Assembly (NCBI GenBank): GCA_963700635.1
Contig: CAVOYH010000004.1
Coordinates: 64,001 to 128,000, forward strand
Origin: an uncultured Bacteroidota bacterium
GTDB lineage: Bacteria > Bacteroidota > Ignavibacteria > UBA10030 > UBA6906
Direction: 5' to 3'
DNA: 64,000 bases
In this document: positions 1 to 10,876 of the stretch, one piece after another
How the letters are laid out: every line of letters begins with the position of its first letter
Numbering within the stretch: position 1 is the stretch's first letter
The notes under the pieces: model-generated
The model's input: the letters and a program-made list of their open reading frames with translations, nothing else
Told to the model about the DNA's origin: nothing
Database searches by the model: none
Program-made: the position numbers and the translations under genes

Positions 1-2763
1 GCGCGACGGAAATCAGGACCCAGTATGAGGCGGATTGGAATAGCTGGCCCGCCCGTACGGCGCTCCGTATACCGATGTCGACAGTAATGGAACCTACGAT
101 CCGACCGTCGACATCCCCGGTGTGGTAGGGGCTGACCAAACTGTCTGGTTTGTGGCAAACGATCTCAACTCAACCAACACTGCCGACCTGTTCGGTGCAC
201 AACCCCTCGGGCTGGAATGCCAGGTGACCAACTGGGCCTATGCCCAGGAAGGTCCTCTCGGCAACATGATCTTCAAACGTTTTCTGCTCATCAACAAGAG
301 TTCTCGTAGCTCTCGACAGCATGTACGTTGCAATGTGGTCCGATCCCGACCTCGGGTTCTCGGATGATGACTTTGTCGGGTGTGACACGACACTCAGCCT
401 CGGGTATGTCTACAATGCGCAGGTCGTCGATCAGACCTACGGTTCCCTTCCACCACCCGCGGCAGGATTCGATTTCTTCCAGGGACCGCTTGTTCCGGCG
501 CCCGGCGAGTCTGCGACGTTCCGCGGAAAACTTATCGACGGGTACCGCAATCTGCCGATGACCGCATTCTTCTACTTCATCAAGTCAGACCTCACGCTGG
601 CCGATCCGGTACAGGGAGACCCTGCAGGTTCGACGCAGATGTACAATTTTATGCGCGGCCGCATCGGGCTCACGGGCCAATTTTTCCAGGACCCGCAAGG
701 AAATCCGACGACGTATGTCCTGTCGGGCGATCCTGTCACCGGTGGGGGATGGCTGGATGGTCAGCAGTATCCAATGGGTGACAGGCGCATGGGTCTCTCT
801 TCCGGTCCATTTACCATGGCGCCTGGCGACACCCAGGAGGTCGTTGTAGCGGAAATCTGCGCCGGAGCAATCCCGGGCGTGGATCGTCTGACAGCGGTTA
901 ACCTGCTCAAATTCTATGACAAGGCTGCACAGCTTGCGTATGACAACTTCTTCGAACTCCCTTCTCCCCCGCCGGCACCGAAAGTGACGGTGACTGAACT
1001 GGACAGGAAGATCCTGCTCAACTGGGGAAGTGACCCGGTTGCGGTTACGGCAACGGAATCAACGAACAACCGCGGTTTCAAGTTCCAGGGATACAACGTC
1101 TACCAACTTCCCTCGGGGGGCGCAAGTGTGTCCGAAGGGAAGAAGATCGCTGTCTACGACCTCGCCGGAGATGGGATCACCCGTATCACGGATCAGGTCT
1201 TTGACCCGGCGATTGGAGTAGTGACCAGCAAGGTCGTACATCTCGGAACGGACAGCGGGATCAAACGGTTCTTCACGGTCAACGGTGATGCGTTTAGCGG
1301 GGGGGCTCCCCTCGTAAACGGATTACGGTACTATTTTGCGGTCACTGCGTACAGCTTCAACGAAGATCCTAACGCCGTGCCGAATAATCTTGAAAACCCG
1401 CTGCAGGTATTCGTGGCTGTTCCACACACCACCAATCCGGGAGTCCGGTATGCAGGAGCTGCAGGAGACACTGTACATCCCGTGACCCACACAGGTTCGA
1501 GCGATGGCAGCATTATTCCGTTGGTCGTTGATCCTGCAACGACAACGGGTCACACCTATAACGTGCGCTTCGAGGATGCCAGTGGCGAGATCGTGTGGAA
1601 GCTGATCGACGTGACCGGTGGAGATACCCTGCTGCGCGGTCAGAATAATCAGTCCGGTGACGATGACTATCTGGTGTTGCATGGTATACAGGTCAAAGTC
1701 CTCGGACCGCCACCGGGCATGAAGGATTGGGATGTTCCGTCCGGTGCACGGCGGTGGACTTGGGCAGGAGGGGCGGATGGATTTGGCATGGAAGGATTCA
1801 ACGGGGCCATGGGCAGTGCGCTGCATGGATGGGGTGACGGTGTTACGGATGAGCTGTTGCGTAATGTCGTACTTCGACTGGCGGCGACCGACACGAATGG
1901 TGTCGTGACGGATCCGGCTGATCCCGATCTGTCATATGCATACCGGTATGTCCGTGGAGCTCAGAATCCGCCGGCAAAACCCGAATTTGAGGCATTTATC
2001 ACCAATACCTCGGGCAGCTACGCTTACCAGGGTTATACAAAGAGTATTCCCTTTGCCGCGTACAACACTGAGACCACACCGCCAACCCGTCTTATGGTGG
2101 GCCATGTGGAAAACAACGTTGCCGGCGGATCGGTGGACGGAAAATACTGGCCCCCCGACTACAACGTCGGTGACAATACCGCGGGTACGGGTCCGCGTGA
2201 ATGGTTCTTCATCTTCGACGTCCCGTACAGTGAGACACCCGATTCGCGGCTTATGGTCAATATTCTGAATGAGGTGGGATTGCCGATCATGTATTTCTGC
2301 ACGCCGGCGCGCCGCGGTAATGTTGCGTTCGCCGCTGACGACGAATTCCTGATCGAAGCGGACCACATAAACAGTACCGCTGATGTGTTTGGTTTCACTG
2401 CGCCGGCAGTTACCTACGATGCGTCGGTGGCAAAAGCTGATGCGGGTGCAATCAACGTGTTCCCCAATCCGTATTACGGCGTGAACACCGAAGAGATCAA
2501 CAAGTATAACCGCTTTGTGACGTTCTCCCACTTGCCGCAGGAAGCGATCATACGCATCTACAACCTCGCGGGCATCCAGGTGCGCGAGATTCGGGAAAAA
2601 CAGTCCGTCACAATTCGAACGGTGGGACCTGGCGAACGAATCGGGGCTTCCAGTGGGGAGCGGCCTGTACATCGCGCATATCGAAATGCCGGGTCTCGGC
2701 GGTGCGAAGAAAATCCTGAAACTTGCGATCGTCCAGGAGCAACAGATCCTCGATAGGTTCTAA
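1..2763 (+). CDS. Large secreted protein with T9SS type A C-terminal sorting domain; 5' truncated by the window, apparent frameshifts at ~54, ~310 and ~2597
   Basis: The reading is continuous across frames: ...WNSWPA / GAPYTDVDSNG...FLLINK / MYVAMWSDPDLG...INVFPNPY...IRIYNLAGIQVREI / NSPSQFERWDLANESGLPVGSGLYIAHIEMP...QEQQILDRF*, with TAA at 2761-2763. VFPNPY and SGLY are T9SS CTD hallmarks. Confidence 0.8.
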
Positions 2764-2786
2764 TGTCCGAAGGAAAGAGGAACACT

Positions 2787-3825
2787 ATGAAAACAACAGT
2801 TCGATGCATCATCGTTCTGATAATGGTGGCTGGCTTCGGGTCTGTGGTCATTGCAGGGGCGGGCAACCGGGGAGGGACCAGCGGGGCAAGCGAGCTCCTT
2901 GTTCCCGTCGGCGTCCGTGACATTGCTCTGGGTGGGTCCACGATCGCCACCACGCGCGACATTGAGGCGCTGTTCTGGAACCCCGCTGCGGTCGCTCACA
3001 TGAACAACTCGGCCACCGTATATGTGTCGCATATGAGTTATATCGCTGATATTGGCATCAATTACGGCGCCGTAGCGGCGAACTTTGAAAGCTTCGGGGT
3101 CCTGGCACTGAGCCTGAAATCTATGGACGTGGGCGAGATTCTGGTGACCACAACCACTGACCCGGACGGCACCGGCAAGACATTTAGTCCGCAGTTCTTC
3201 ACGGTGGGTCTTACCTATTCGCGCCTGCTCAATGACCGAATCGCCGTGGGGCTGACAGGCAAGATCATATCCGAACGGATGGGCGACGTGAGTGCGTCGG
3301 GAATAGCCTTTGACGTAGGGGTCACGTATGATAATCTGGCGTCTGTGAACGGGCTCAGTCTAGGTGTTGCGATGAAAAACATCGGCTCTTCAATGCAATT
3401 CGATGGATCGGGATTGTTGACAGCCGCAACGGTTGATGCACAAAAACGGCCCGCAGGACTCTACCAGATCCAGGCCGCCCCGTTTGAACTGCCTTCCTCG
3501 ATCGAATTCGGGGTGGGATACAAACGTCGGAATTAACGACGCAAATACCGTTCTCCTGTCCGGGGCGTTCCAGTAGCAACAACTTCTCCGACGATGAATA
3601 CAAAGTCGGGCTGGAGTATTCCTATCAGGACATGTTCTTCCTGCGGGGAGGTTACAATCTTGCCCAGCGAGAGACTGAAGCCCGACAGTACTTGTTCGGC
3701 GGGACCTTCGGCGCGGGCGTGAAGTATGCCCTCGGAAACACGGATATTAGCGTCGATTATGCGTACCGTTCCGTGAGGGTCTTTCTGATGCGAGTCACGT
3801 ATTTTCCGTAAAACTCGGATTCTGA
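2787..3825 (+). CDS. PorV/PorQ-family outer-membrane beta-barrel; apparent frameshifts at ~3530, ~3573 and ~3786
   Basis: Signal peptide; GTSGASELLVPVGVRDIALGG and ALFWNPA motifs. The reading continues past the 3536 stop in shifted frames to ...HVFSVKLGF* (TGA 3823-3825), ending in a barrel-type C-terminal Phe. Confidence 0.8.
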
Positions 3826-3959
3826 TCTCGGGTGATATGGCGTATTGGATGAGTATCATTGTCGGGTGTGCGGAGGCGCAGAGTGGCGTAGATCACGACA
3901 CTCTGCGCATTCGTGCCGGGACGGAATGTATACTTTTGGGAGAGATGCGTGGAATCTGA

Positions 3960-4230
3960 TCAGCCGTGAGCTTGATGCGGTGGGTGTGATGGATCGCGTG
4001 ATGATCCGTGCGTGGGGAACCAGTCTTCCCCGACACCGTACACGTGACGCAGATGCCAGAGGACTCCGGGTTTCGGGAGGCATACATCTTCTCTCGCAGC
4101 GTTCGACCGCGACCCATGAATATCCGATCTGTTCCGCGGCCTGCCGCAACGTCATGCCTGCCCCGAGTCTTGCCCCCCTCAGCCGTTGGCCCAACGATGC
4201 GCCAGAACGGCGATACGTAGTGATGGGCAT
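3960..4230 (-). CDS. XRE/Cro-family HTH transcriptional regulator, about 89 aa, with one apparent frameshift at ~4090
   Basis: MPITTYRRSGASLGQRLRGARLGAGMTLRQAAEQIGYSWVAVERCE, then in a shifted frame DVCLPKPGVLWHLRHVYGVGEDWF...*. This fits a full HTH_3 pattern. Confidence 0.7.
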
Positions 4231-4562
4231 TTCGATCTTCGTGCGATCTCCGCCGTTTCTCCAACGGAGTACGCGCTTTTCCATAGAGTACCCGCCGCAC
4301 ATCTGGTGTGAATCATCCGGATGTATTACCTGATCGGTAACCGAAAAACCCCACGGCCGCATGCGCAGACGTGTCTGACCGCCCCGGGTCGTGCATCGTC
4401 CTGTCCGTGCAGCGCTCAGGGATGGGATTTGTGTAGCTTGCTTCATGGTGCTCTTTTGTCGAGCATTCCGTTCCGGTTCCCAGGCCATTCGGGACAGGTT
4501 ACAGTTTCGTGAGACGAAATGCCGGAAATTGGCGATGAATAACCGTTGCCGGATTCGGGGTA

Positions 4563-4591
4563 TTGACTGACACAAACGGGAGTGTTATAGT
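4563..4591 (+). promoter_or_regulatory. Sigma70-type promoter for the ABC operon
   Basis: TTGACT-17 bp-TATAGT with an extended TG, about 40 bp upstream of the ATG at 4632. Confidence 0.7.
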
Positions 4592-4631
4592 ATAGAAGAC
4601 GTGAGTGAATCATCTCGCCTCAGGAGCCCCA

Positions 4632-5378
4632 ATGTCATCCCGTACGGTGTTCTCCCTCATTGTTTTTCTGCTTGCGGGCAGTCTGCGTTCCGCCGCCCAG
4701 GATCCGGAAGCACTCATCCGGGCAGCCGAGAATGCGATCAAGGGGAAGACCAGTTCGGGTATTTTCAGGATGAACATCGTTACCTCCGACTACGAACGCA
4801 CCATGCGGATGGAATCGTGGAATGTGGGAACGGAGAAGGCGCTGGTTCGTATCCTCGAACCCAAACAGGAGGCTGACAACCGCACACTGAAACTGGGCAA
4901 CGAGCTCTGGATGTATCTGCGCACGACGGAAACGACGATAAAAATCCCCCCTTCCATGATGCTACAATCCTGGAGTGGGTCAGACTTCACCTACGATGAT
5001 ATGGTGCGTGAGGCGGATCTGGCGAGAGACTATGTCATTACGCTGGAGGGTACAGAAACGGTCGAAGATGCAAAGAGCTGGAAATTGCGCCTCGTGCCCC
5101 GCCCTGACGCGGCGGTTGTCTGGGGGACACTCTATTACTGGATACGGCAGTCCGACAAGCTTCCCGCAAAGGTGGAATACCACGATGAACGGGGAAAATT
5201 GATCCGGACCATGTACTTCCGGGATTTTCGGGTGATGGGAGGGCGCCGGATTCCCGCCATCCAGCGGATGGAGAGTGCCATTGAACCGGGTCGCTACACC
5301 GAAGTGATCATCGAAACGATGACCTTTGACAAGCCCATCCCCGGGCGTCTCTTCAGTTTTAAAGGGCTCGAACGATGA
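4632..5378 (+). CDS. LolA-like outer membrane lipoprotein-sorting protein
   Basis: Signal peptide; IKIPPSMMLQSWSGSDFTYDD motif typical of LolA_like proteins; ATGA overlap with the next gene. Confidence 0.85.
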   Translation: MSSRTVFSLIVFLLAGSLRSAAQDPEALIRAAENAIKGKTSSGIFRMNIVTSDYERTMRMESWNVGTEKALVRILEPKQEADNRTLKLGNELWMYLRTTETTIKIPPSMMLQSWSGSDFTYDDMVREADLARDYVITLEGTETVEDAKSWKLRLVPRPDAAVVWGTLYYWIRQSDKLPAKVEYHDERGKLIRTMYFRDFRVMGGRRIPAIQRMESAIEPGRYTEVIIETMTFDKPIPGRLFSFKGLER

Positions 5379-6613
5379 GGTCCGTTTCGATGATCCTGCG
5401 CCTGGCCTGGCGCAACCTCGGCCGCAACAAAAGACGCACGGCCCTCACCGCGGGTGCCATTTTGTTCGGGCTTGCGCTCGCAGGCATGCAGAGAGGACTG
5501 CAGGAGGGGACGTACGCAGAGAATATCCGGAGTTTCGTCCGGCTGGCGTCTGGCTATATCCAGATCCAGCGCGAAGGGTACCAGGAAAAACCCGGACTGC
5601 GGAAGAGTTTCGTTCTCGACGGTCAGTTGCGTGCCCGGCTCGCCAGCACCCCGGGACTCCGCGGATACGCGCCGCGGCTCCGGGGGGATGGCCTCGTGAG
5701 CAAAAAACAGCGGACCCATATCGCCTTCCTCATGGGGGTGGATCCCGGACGGGAGCTCGTTGTATCAGATTTCCCGAAGCGGGTTGTCGAGGGAGATTTT
5801 GTGAGCGACGATGATGAAGCCGGGGTTGTTGTCGGTCAGACCCTCTTCAAGAATCTCGATGCGGCGATCGGCGATTCGCTGGTGCTCATTGCGCAGGGAT
5901 TTGACGGCGTACAGCGGGACATGTTTGTGCGGATCAAGGGCGTGCTGAAGACGGCCTCACACGATTTTGACCGGACGATTTTGTTTATGCACATCCAGAC
6001 GGCGCAAAGGCTTCTGGCGATGGAAGATCGTGTGAGTCTCGTGGCGGTCGCACTGGATGATCTTCCGCGTATCCCCGAAGCGCGGACCCATCTCAGGACG
6101 GAGTTGATGCCGGGACTTCTCGCGCTGGCATGGGATGAAGTGATGCCGGAGATGAAGGCGAATATCGAGGCGGACAATGTCCAGGGGTGGTTCTATCTCG
6201 GAATTCTTTTTACCGTCGTGGCATTCGGCATTCTCAACACGATGCTCATGAGCGTCACGGAACGTTCCCGGGAATTCGGCGTCATGCTTGCCCTGGGAGT
6301 TGCCAACGGCACCCTGGTGTGGATCGTGTTCAGTGAACTGATCTTTCTGACAGCGCTCGGGTTGTTTCTGGGAAACCTGGTCGCCTACGGCGCGAACAGC
6401 GTCATCGTTGCAAACCCGATCGAGCTGGGGGGAGCCGACATGGCGCGAATGTATGAAGAATATGGATTTCTACCCATCCTGACATCCTCCGTCTCTGTCC
6501 AGGTATTCCTGGGATCCACGTTGCTCATTGGCGGCATATCCCTCGTGGCCGGTATCATCCCGCTGTTCCGCGTATGGCGCCTTCAACCACTCAAGGGGAT
6601 CCGATACACATGA
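5375..6613 (+). CDS. ABC transporter permease (MacB/FtsX/LolE-like)
   Basis: LAWRNLGRNKRRT N-terminus; NTMLMSVTERSREFGVMLALG; four TM segments. Confidence 0.9.
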   Translation: MRSVSMILRLAWRNLGRNKRRTALTAGAILFGLALAGMQRGLQEGTYAENIRSFVRLASGYIQIQREGYQEKPGLRKSFVLDGQLRARLASTPGLRGYAPRLRGDGLVSKKQRTHIAFLMGVDPGRELVVSDFPKRVVEGDFVSDDDEAGVVVGQTLFKNLDAAIGDSLVLIAQGFDGVQRDMFVRIKGVLKTASHDFDRTILFMHIQTAQRLLAMEDRVSLVAVALDDLPRIPEARTHLRTELMPGLLALAWDEVMPEMKANIEADNVQGWFYLGILFTVVAFGILNTMLMSVTERSREFGVMLALGVANGTLVWIVFSELIFLTALGLFLGNLVAYGANSVIVANPIELGGADMARMYEEYGFLPILTSSVSVQVFLGSTLLIGGISLVAGIIPLFRVWRLQPLKGIRYT

Positions 6614-7826
6614 TGATCCTCCGCATAGCCTGGCGTAATCTCTGGCGGAACCGGACACGGTCACTCATCGTGCTCACATCCGTGGTTCTGGGTGTTGCGG
6701 CCCTCGTGTTTACCGACGCCGTGACCTTGGGAATGATACGTCAGATGCTGGACAACAGAATCGCAAACCACGTGGGTCACATCCAGGTGCATGCGGAGGG
6801 TTTTCGTGATGATCCCTCTCTAGACAGGATCATCACGGACCCCTCCGGTGTGGAGTTTGCCGCCTCCCGGGATTCTCTTATCATCGGATTTGCGCAGCGG
6901 GTTACGACATTTGGACTGTCCGGTACGGCGTACAATACCGCCGGAGCCGCGATTATCGGCATCGACCCGTCGCGGGAACAACGGATCACCAGCATCCACC
7001 AGAATATTGTCGAAGGACGATATCTCGCCGGGACCGACCGCGAGATCCTGATGAGCCGCCGACTTGCCACGCGCCTGCAGGCATCTCTTGGAGATAAGGT
7101 TGTGCTCACCGCTTCCCGGTTGGATGGCAGCGTAGGGACCGATGTGTTCAGAGTCGTGGGTCTCTATAAAACGTTTGATTCAGCGGTTGATGAGGCATTC
7201 GTGTTCATCCCGATCCAGCGTGCACAGGCAATGCTGGGTCTGGGTGGGGCAGTAACAGAATGTGTGGCGCGGGTGAGCAACCCGGACGAGGCTGTTGTCG
7301 TTTCAACCCGTCTTCAGGCCGCCCTCCCCCTACTCTCGAAGTTGTAACGTACCGGGATGTCCTTCCCCTCGTCGTGATGCAGATAGAAATGTACGCGCAG
7401 GTGAGCTGGATTATTTATCTGATTGTCGGGATCGCCATGATGTTCGGCATCATCAATCTGATGCTGATGGCTGTCTTTGAACGAATCCGGGAATTCGGGG
7501 TGATGATGTGCATTGGCATGGGGAATGGTACAGTCTTCAGGATGGTGATGTACGAGGCCATGATTCTCGGATTGCTTGGCTCCCTCGCTGGACTGAGCCT
7601 GAGCTGGCTTGTGACGTATCCGTTTACCATCACCGGGCTTGATCTGGGATCCTTTGCGGCGGGTTTCACGCAGTACGGTGTGTCGCGCATTATCTACCCC
7701 CATTTCGCACCCGTCATGATCGTCAATGTGATGGCCGTGGTGCCGGCGGTCGTCATGGCCGGGGCCGCCTATCCCGCGTTCAGAGCAGTACGGTTACGGC
7801 CGGTGGAAGCCGTGAGACATACGTGA
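6610..7826 (+). CDS. Second ABC permease (MacB/FtsX/LolE-like); apparent frameshift in the C-run at ~7326-7331
   Basis: IAWRNLWRNRTRS start; the C-terminal half (MAVFERIREFGVMMCIG) lies in ORF 7260..7826; the break coincides with a homopolymer. Confidence 0.85.
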
Positions 7827-7902
7827 ATATGCCGGCGCCCTACCTGCGCAGGGAGTCCGCCGGTCTTTTTCGCACGACCGTACACAGATCGGAAGCACAG
7901 AC

Positions 7903-8592
7903 ATGAATACCGTCGTCCTGGCAGAGAACATAGGAAAAGTATACAATGACCGCACCGTCCCCGTCCGCGCGCTCGACGGCGTGTCACTTGAGATTCGGGC
8001 AGGTGAATTTGTCGTGCTGGCGGGACCGTCGGGGTCGGGGAAGACGACATTGCTCAACGTGATGGGCGGACTGGATAGCCCGTCGGAGGGGCGTATCCTC
8101 CTTGAAGGGATGGATCTTGCGGGAAAAACCAGGTCAGCCCTCGCTGCCCTGCGTCTGCACAACATCGGGTTTGTGTTTCAGGCCTACAACCTGAACCCTG
8201 TACTGAGTGCTTATGAAAACATAGAATTCCCGCTTGTTCTCCAGGGTGTTCACCAGGGAGAACGGCGCACACGCGTGCACGAGCTGCTCGTTGAACTCGG
8301 GATTGCCGATCTTGCCGAAACCAGACCCAACAACATGAGCGGCGGGCAGCAGCAACGGGTGGCGGCCGCTCGGGCAATCGTGACAAATCCTGTTCTCGTT
8401 CTCGCCGATGAGCCAACAGCAAATCTTGATTCCGGGACGGCGGGCAAACTCCTGGACCTTATGGAACGGATCAACAGCGAGCGCCACATCACGTTCATAT
8501 TCTCCTCCCATGATCAGCTCGTCATTCAAAGGGCCCGGCGCCTGGTTCGCCTACGCGACGGAAGACTGGAAAGTGATGAGACGGTCCGCTGA
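7903..8592 (+). CDS. ABC transporter ATP-binding protein (LolD/MacB-like)
   Basis: Walker A GPSGSGKT, signature MSGGQQQRV, Walker B LVLADEPTANLD. Confidence 0.95.
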   Translation: MNTVVLAENIGKVYNDRTVPVRALDGVSLEIRAGEFVVLAGPSGSGKTTLLNVMGGLDSPSEGRILLEGMDLAGKTRSALAALRLHNIGFVFQAYNLNPVLSAYENIEFPLVLQGVHQGERRTRVHELLVELGIADLAETRPNNMSGGQQQRVAAARAIVTNPVLVLADEPTANLDSGTAGKLLDLMERINSERHITFIFSSHDQLVIQRARRLVRLRDGRLESDETVR

Positions 8593-9754
8593 GATCTGTG
8601 CCACATTCCTCTTTCTTGTTGTCGGTGCGCCGGGCGCCGCCGTCGCACAGGATTTCCCCCTGATGAGCATGAACGGGTACGCCCTCTCCCTTGGCGGCTA
8701 TCAGGGGAGCATGACTTCTCCCGTGGACACGGCAGGGAGCCCGGTCGGTGAATCAGCATGGGGGCTTCTCCGCACCCGGCTCCGCGGCGGAATCAAGTTT
8801 GCAGAACCGCTCCGCCTCCAGGCGGAGTATGAACTCCGGGTATCGGGCTCAAGCATCCCAACCCAGGCCCCCGCATCACCCCGCATCCCCAGGCAATGGG
8901 TCAGTCTCGATGGTGCGCTCCTGGAACGTCCTTCAATGACCGTCCGGCATGGCCTTGATCGTCTGTATCTCAGGTACGACACCGATCAGGTCACATGCAT
9001 CGTCGGTAGGCAGCTTATCAGCTGGGGGACTGCAAGAGTCTGGCGGCCGACCGATCTCTTTAATCCGCATAATCCTGTTGACTATGGAAAGCCCGAAAGA
9101 GACGGCGCAGACGCCATTACCGTGCGCTGGTATTTCGGCGATCTCACCGACGTGCAGGCCGTGTACAACGCTGATCGTAGCACCCAATGGAACAACTGGG
9201 GAATACGTTTCCGCACCAACGTTGCGGAAATTGACCTGGGTGTGATGGGGGGGAGTATCGGCGATCGATTCCGGCTTGGGGGTGATTTTGCCGCCAACCT
9301 GTTTACCGCCGGCCTACGGGGTGAATTCCTCTACTCGAGAGACCGTTTGAGCCGGGATGACGGACCGCGCGATACCTGGTCATGGGTACTCGGTCTGGAC
9401 CATCAGCTGACGGGAGAGCTCTATATGATGGCCGAATTTTATCATGATGGAGCCGGTGCCCCCACCGCAAATCAATATCGCTACGACCTCCTTCTCTCGG
9501 GGGAAATCATCAACCTTGCCATGGACTATTTCGTCGTGTCCGCAAACTACCTGTTCTCGCCCTTGCTCCAGACATCCGTAACCGCAAACGTGAACATCCG
9601 GGACGGAAGCGGGTATTTTCTGCCATCCGTTACATATTCACTTCTTCAGGATATGCAGGTCAGCGCTTCCGGACTGTGGACCTACGGGAGCGCGGCGGCC
9701 GAGTACGGGCGGTATCCTTCGTCGGTATTTGCACGTGTCCAGCTTTTTTTCTAG
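8576..9754 (+). CDS. Putative outer-membrane beta-barrel protein
   Basis: Signal peptide (..GAAVAQ); LDRLYL...VGRQLISWG motif; alternating beta pattern; ends VQLFF. Confidence 0.7.
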   Translation: MRRSAEICATFLFLVVGAPGAAVAQDFPLMSMNGYALSLGGYQGSMTSPVDTAGSPVGESAWGLLRTRLRGGIKFAEPLRLQAEYELRVSGSSIPTQAPASPRIPRQWVSLDGALLERPSMTVRHGLDRLYLRYDTDQVTCIVGRQLISWGTARVWRPTDLFNPHNPVDYGKPERDGADAITVRWYFGDLTDVQAVYNADRSTQWNNWGIRFRTNVAEIDLGVMGGSIGDRFRLGGDFAANLFTAGLRGEFLYSRDRLSRDDGPRDTWSWVLGLDHQLTGELYMMAEFYHDGAGAPTANQYRYDLLLSGEIINLAMDYFVVSANYLFSPLLQTSVTANVNIRDGSGYFLPSVTYSLLQDMQVSASGLWTYGSAAAEYGRYPSSVFARVQLFF

Positions 9755-9760
9755 ATTCTC

Positions 9761-9784
9761 GCAGCCCCTTACGGGGCTGTTTTG
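9761..9784 (+). terminator. Rho-independent terminator
   Basis: GCAGCCCC-TTAC-GGGGCTGT hairpin followed by a short T run, just after the stop at 9754. Confidence 0.65.
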
Positions 9785-9898
9785 TAGAACTGTACAAGCC
9801 GGTTGGAAGGCCGGATCTGTCCATTGACATAGCGAGAGTTCGACCGCCCATTGCGTCGGCTTCGCCCAATACATCCAATCACAAACAGGGAGGCTCTG

Positions 9899-10873
9899 TT
9901 GAAACCGTTCACAAAGGTGCTCGTGTTTGGTGCAGGTGTGATTGTTGTCGCCGCGGCGGTCGGTCTGGGAATCCTCTATCTCGGATATCCCGATGGAGGA
10001 TCGGTTCCTCAGGTTTCTGTGGTGTCATCGCCGGAGCGTGTCGCCCGCGGGGCGTACCTTGCCAACCATGTGGCCATTTGCATGGATTGTCACTCCACGC
10101 GCGACTGGTCGAAGTTTTCGGGACCGCCTATTGCCGGCACGGAGGGGACAGGTGGAGACGCATTTGATGAGAAACTCGGATTCCCGGGAAGTATCTTTGC
10201 GGCGAATATCACCCCGGCCGGTATCGCGGGAATGAGTGACGGCGAGGTAGCGCACGCAATCGTGTCAGGTATCGGCAAAGGCGGCCGCCCTCTTTTCTCC
10301 ATCATGCCCTACCAGGCATACAACTCGCTCTCGCAGGAAGATCTTGAATCCATCATCGCATACCTCCGCACCCTCCCGCCGGTTCCCAGCACCATTCCCG
10401 AACGTGCGCTGAACTTCCCGGTCAATGTGCTTGTTCGCACGATGCCAACGGCGTACACAACACATGCTCAACCCGACAGAGCAAGGTCATCCGAGTATGG
10501 GAAATATCTGACCAGGTTGGCCAGCTGTATCCATTGTCATACGCCGCAGGAAAAGGGAGAGCTGTTCAAGGGGAAAGAGTTCTCGGGAGGGTGGGAAATA
10601 CCGACCCCTGAGGGAATCATGCGGTCGGCTAACATCACTCCGGATGAAGAGTCAGGCATCGGCCTGTGGACCAAGGATATCTTCATCGCAAAGTTCAAGG
10701 AATTTGACCATCCGGACAGCGCCAAACTCGATCTTGCCATCATGGGCCGGCAGACTCTGATGCCATGGACGATGTACGCAGGCATGACAGAGGAAGACCT
10801 GGGAGCCATCTACGACTACTTGCGGACGGTTCCGCCCATAAAAAATCGCGTCGAAGTGTGGACTCCCCGTTGA
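9899..10873 (+). CDS. Membrane-anchored diheme cytochrome c
   Basis: TTG start after GGGAGG; N-terminal TM; two CxxCH motifs (CMDCH, CIHCH), each followed by NITP and a Met-ligand motif (MPY, MPW). Confidence 0.85.
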   Translation: MKPFTKVLVFGAGVIVVAAAVGLGILYLGYPDGGSVPQVSVVSSPERVARGAYLANHVAICMDCHSTRDWSKFSGPPIAGTEGTGGDAFDEKLGFPGSIFAANITPAGIAGMSDGEVAHAIVSGIGKGGRPLFSIMPYQAYNSLSQEDLESIIAYLRTLPPVPSTIPERALNFPVNVLVRTMPTAYTTHAQPDRARSSEYGKYLTRLASCIHCHTPQEKGELFKGKEFSGGWEIPTPEGIMRSANITPDEESGIGLWTKDIFIAKFKEFDHPDSAKLDLAIMGRQTLMPWTMYAGMTEEDLGAIYDYLRTVPPIKNRVEVWTPR

Positions 10874-10876
10874 TCC

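Noticed and set aside
3570-3580. In-frame TAG in the PorV-like gene as pyrrolysine or stop recoding
   Set aside because: The homologous reading continues in a different frame, so it is a one-base insertion; TAG is used as a normal stop elsewhere.
3845-4333. Plus-strand 162-aa ORF and the many other overlapping short ORFs in the track
   Set aside because: They are shadow ORFs of well-supported genes in GC-rich DNA, with no motifs; here the minus-strand HTH is the better explanation.
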